A stretch of DNA of 64,000 nucleotides from Octopus sinensis (Eukaryota), in the NCBI RefSeq assembly GCF_006345805.1, contig NC_043011.1, positions 806,001-870,000 of the forward strand, given 5' to 3'. Below the pieces are notes generated by a model. It made no database searches, was not told where the DNA came from, and saw only the letters and a list, made by a program, of their open reading frames with translations. This document shows, piece by piece, positions 60,735-64,000 of this stretch. The translations under genes and the position numbers were made by a program. How positions within the stretch are numbered: position 1 is the first letter of the stretch; the number at the start of each line of letters is the position of its first letter.

Positions 60735-61132
60735 TATATACATATTCTTATATATATATATTATGTTGACAAATGATTTTATTTTTCCATGGGGAAAATG
60801 CATAATCTTTTAACTCAACATATGTTTCTGGGCACTCAGAATTACGTAACTGTCATAATGTTCTCTTATTAGTAGGTGGAATCCTGAACATGTGACAAGT
60901 AGATTGATGCATAGAGACATTACTGTAATCCATGCTTGCTTCATCAGGAGGGAAAATTTTCCTGCTTGATGAAGGAAGACAATATTACTGTAATGTCTCC
61001 AGGATTCCTCTTGTAGCCACTCTTTATTCTGTAGACCTAATCCTTGATAAAGAATTTATTGGAGTTTAATTTGAAATCATTTGAGCACTACCCTGTGTCT
61101 TCTATACTGATTATCTCTAGATCTCACCTGTT

Positions 61133-61175
<43 letters not shown>

Positions 61176-61485
61176 CACACACCTATTTTGGTGCTAAATT
61201 CAAAATCATGATACCAAGTTAGTTAACTGAAATTCCTTCTTGCAATTTTGCAGAAGTAAGATGTAATCCTTATTTCACTTAGTTTTTTTCCAACTATCCC
61301 ATTGAAAATCTAATGTTAATTTTTGTAACTTTGGAGTGTTTTGACTTCTATTTTTAGCAAAGTTGGTGCTTAAAAAAAGTGCACTTGTTATATATAATTC
61401 TTTTATATACACCTATTAATTTTGCCTATATGGTTTTAGCATGCAGCCACTAACATTAATATCTCTCATGAATATTAATGATTTT

Positions 61486-61519
<34 letters not shown>

Positions 61520-61779
61520 TGTATGTATGTGTGTGTGTGTGTGTGTATTATGTGGTAATGCTTCAAGACGTAGAGAAGCACTCGATCAGATAAAGGAGTG
61601 AATATAAGTGCTTACATTAAATACCACAAATCTTGCAATTTAATATCTATCCAGTATCAAGGTAAAAAAAGATGGAGACAAACCTTAAAACTTTCTGAAA
61701 CCTATTCTTATGACTAGATGATAGAGGTGAAGGGGTGGATTAGGGGAGGTGTTGTTGAAGATTTTATCAGTAAAATGTA

Positions 61780-62260
61780 GGTAGAATATTCTTGCACTTA
61801 GTAGATTTCCACTTCTTTACTACCCATAGATACAGTAAAATCTTTAATAGACACACAATAAAAGTTGCCTTTTCTTGTCCTCCTAATGTTAAGCCATATA
61901 TCAATAAACAGTGTATGACTCAGACCTGCCCCAGATGCATGTGTAGAGACAAATCTAAATGTCTTCTAGGACAGTAGTGCAGTATATCTTCTGTTGTTTT
62001 TGAAGCACAGGTTTCAGCAAACTATGACATAGTCGTATAAATATTAAAAGTTATATTGGAGTCATAGAAGGAAAGTTTAAATCTAGATGTATCAACTATC
62101 TTTTGAAATTTAGGTACCATGATTAGAGACATTCAATGACTCTTTCAGCTTTAATCTGGAAACTTAAAGACAAAGGAATGACTTTCGATATCAAATGAAA
62201 AAATCCTTTCTAAATCCAGACCCTGTATCAACAGGTCGAAAACATGTTCAGTGTGTTTGC
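61780..62260 (+). mobile_element. Decayed Penelope-like element fragment (Cys-linker and GIY-YIG, PLE-1/PLE-3 type)
   Basis: KIFNRHTIKVAFSCPPN, CMCRDKSKCLLG, SYIGVIEGKFKSR, LSALIWKLKDKG. Confidence 0.75.
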
Positions 62261-62506
62261 TTGAAAAACCATTTCTATTAAAACGATTGAGAACTTCCAA
62301 TGAATACAAAAGTTTGAAAAATGAGATTTTTTATGTCCACATTTCAAAAAATACACCTTGTAGAAATTTAAAAGTAGACCATCTGGCACTTAGTAAACCA
62401 TTAACATTTGGTTTACATCTGCTTGACATCAAATTATTGTAACATTGGTTATCTTCCTTGTGTTTTTCCTTTTCATCTTCATTTTTTGCAAGTGTCTCTT
62501 GTTTAA

Positions 62507-62727
62507 CCCCTTCATTACCGTATTTATTTTGAGATGCTCTGTGTTTCTTTCAATTATTTTAAACATAACAAAGAATTTAGTAAAATAACTTAGTTATCAT
62601 TAAGCTAGTGTTAGGAGCATAAATTGTGACTAAGGTTTGGTGGAAGATTTTTATTCAAAACTTAAGAAAACAAGACATTTGTACTACGGAGCCAGAGGCA
62701 GTTTCGGCTGGGTTGGTAATGAAAGGG
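62507..62727. mobile_element. piggyBac-type MITE
   Basis: TTAA|CCCCTTCATTACC...GGTAATGAAAGGG|TTAA: 13-bp TIRs with one mismatch and a TTAA TSD. Confidence 0.9.
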
Positions 62728-63164
62728 TTAAATGTTATCTGTTCAAAAGACAGCTGAGAAACAGTCTTGCTTTCAGCTTGATAAATGGCAGAATAAATTA
62801 TTATCTCAGCCAGGAAACCCTGGGTAGCTATAATTGCAACATTTGTGGTTTTTAATTTAAGATTTTGACTAAAAACTCTTGAAGGCAGTACTTCAGTGTG
62901 GCCTCAGTCAAATGACAAGTAAAAGAATAAAAAGAGATATATGTACAATAATCACTTGACTATCATGGGTGTTACATCCCAAAACTCCATGTGCTAGGTG
63001 AAAATCTGAGAAGTAGAAACAGTACTGTACTGTATATTTTTAAAAAATTATTTTTATAATTTGCATATATTTATTTTATTATAAATGCAAAACAATACCA
63101 CAAAGGAATTGACATAAGCTTAAATAATAAACCGCAATAGGGGAATCATGATATGGCAAGGGAT

Positions 63165-63565
63165 TACCGTATGTATGTATGTATGTGTGCTTGCATGCAT
63201 GCATGTATGTATATATGTATGTATGCAAGCATGCATGCATGCATACATGTATGTGATGTATGTATGTATGTATGTATGTATGTACGTATGCATGTATGTA
63301 TGCATGTATGTATGTGTGTATGTATGTAAGTATGTATGTGTGTATGTGTGTATGTATGTATGTATGTTTGTATGTATGTTTGTATGTATGTATGTGTGTA
63401 TGTGTGTATGTGTGTATGTATGTATGTATGTATGTTTGTATGTATGTTTGTATGTATGTTTGTATGTATGTATGTATGTATGTATGTATGTGTGTATGTA
63501 TGTATGTATATATGTGTGTATGTATGTATGTATGTATGTATGTGTGTATGTATGTATGTATGTAT
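63165..63565. repeat. (TGTA)n compound tetranucleotide microsatellite
   Basis: Directly visible. Confidence 0.95.
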
Positions 63566-64000
63566 CTGTAGAAGTTTGTAGGTGCAGATATATTTAGATG
63601 TATACATTTATGCATATACATTTATATAAAATGTACATGAGAGTGTATTGGTGCATATATATGTTCACACATATTTATATATGCTTACCCTTAATGTATG
63701 TGTGTATAAATATATATTCCTGAGTGAGTATATCTCGATAACTCTATACTTGTGTAATTATCTAATTTTGCTGACGATGAATTTTTGTTTATATACTTTT
63801 TTATTCTTTGATCGGTATATAACTTTCATCTCTTTGATCTTAAATTCCTTACTTTATCAGAAATTGATTGGTCACTTTCTAGCATCATTGTTATTGGCAA
63901 CCCTGCTGATTTATGCACAACACAATGCATCAATTGCCTCTTTAAAGTCAACAAGGACCTTGTAATATTTACTATTATTATCTGTATGATATGTTCCTGT

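Overview
Repeat-saturated, AT-rich eukaryotic DNA, most likely an octopus genome. The organism is inferred from the SINE families and microsatellite load and is not proven. I found no supportable host protein-coding exon; most ORF-track entries are microsatellite or low-complexity artefacts. The window is a stack of mobile elements. The largest is a near-full-length ~4 kb R4/Dong-type non-LTR retrotransposon (RT, CCHC, restriction-like endonuclease) inserted into an (AAT)n tract inside a Penelope-like element (PLE). There are at least five more PLE fragments (RT and/or GIY-YIG), many with pseudo-LTRs carrying type I hammerhead ribozyme motifs from several unrelated families. One hammerhead has every core nucleotide intact and a complete stem III. 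Also present: three tRNA-derived SINE families, RTE and CR1 LINE remnants, a Gypsy LTR-PBS-gag fragment, Tc1/mariner/maT and piggyBac remnants, MITEs and non-autonomous Helitrons. Fold-back and palindromic structures are unusually frequent, from 36-bp arms up to a ~1.3 kb palindrome. One very AT-rich 1.4 kb block and one GC/CpG-rich 190-bp block remain unexplained. All family assignments come from manual motif recognition; no database search was run.
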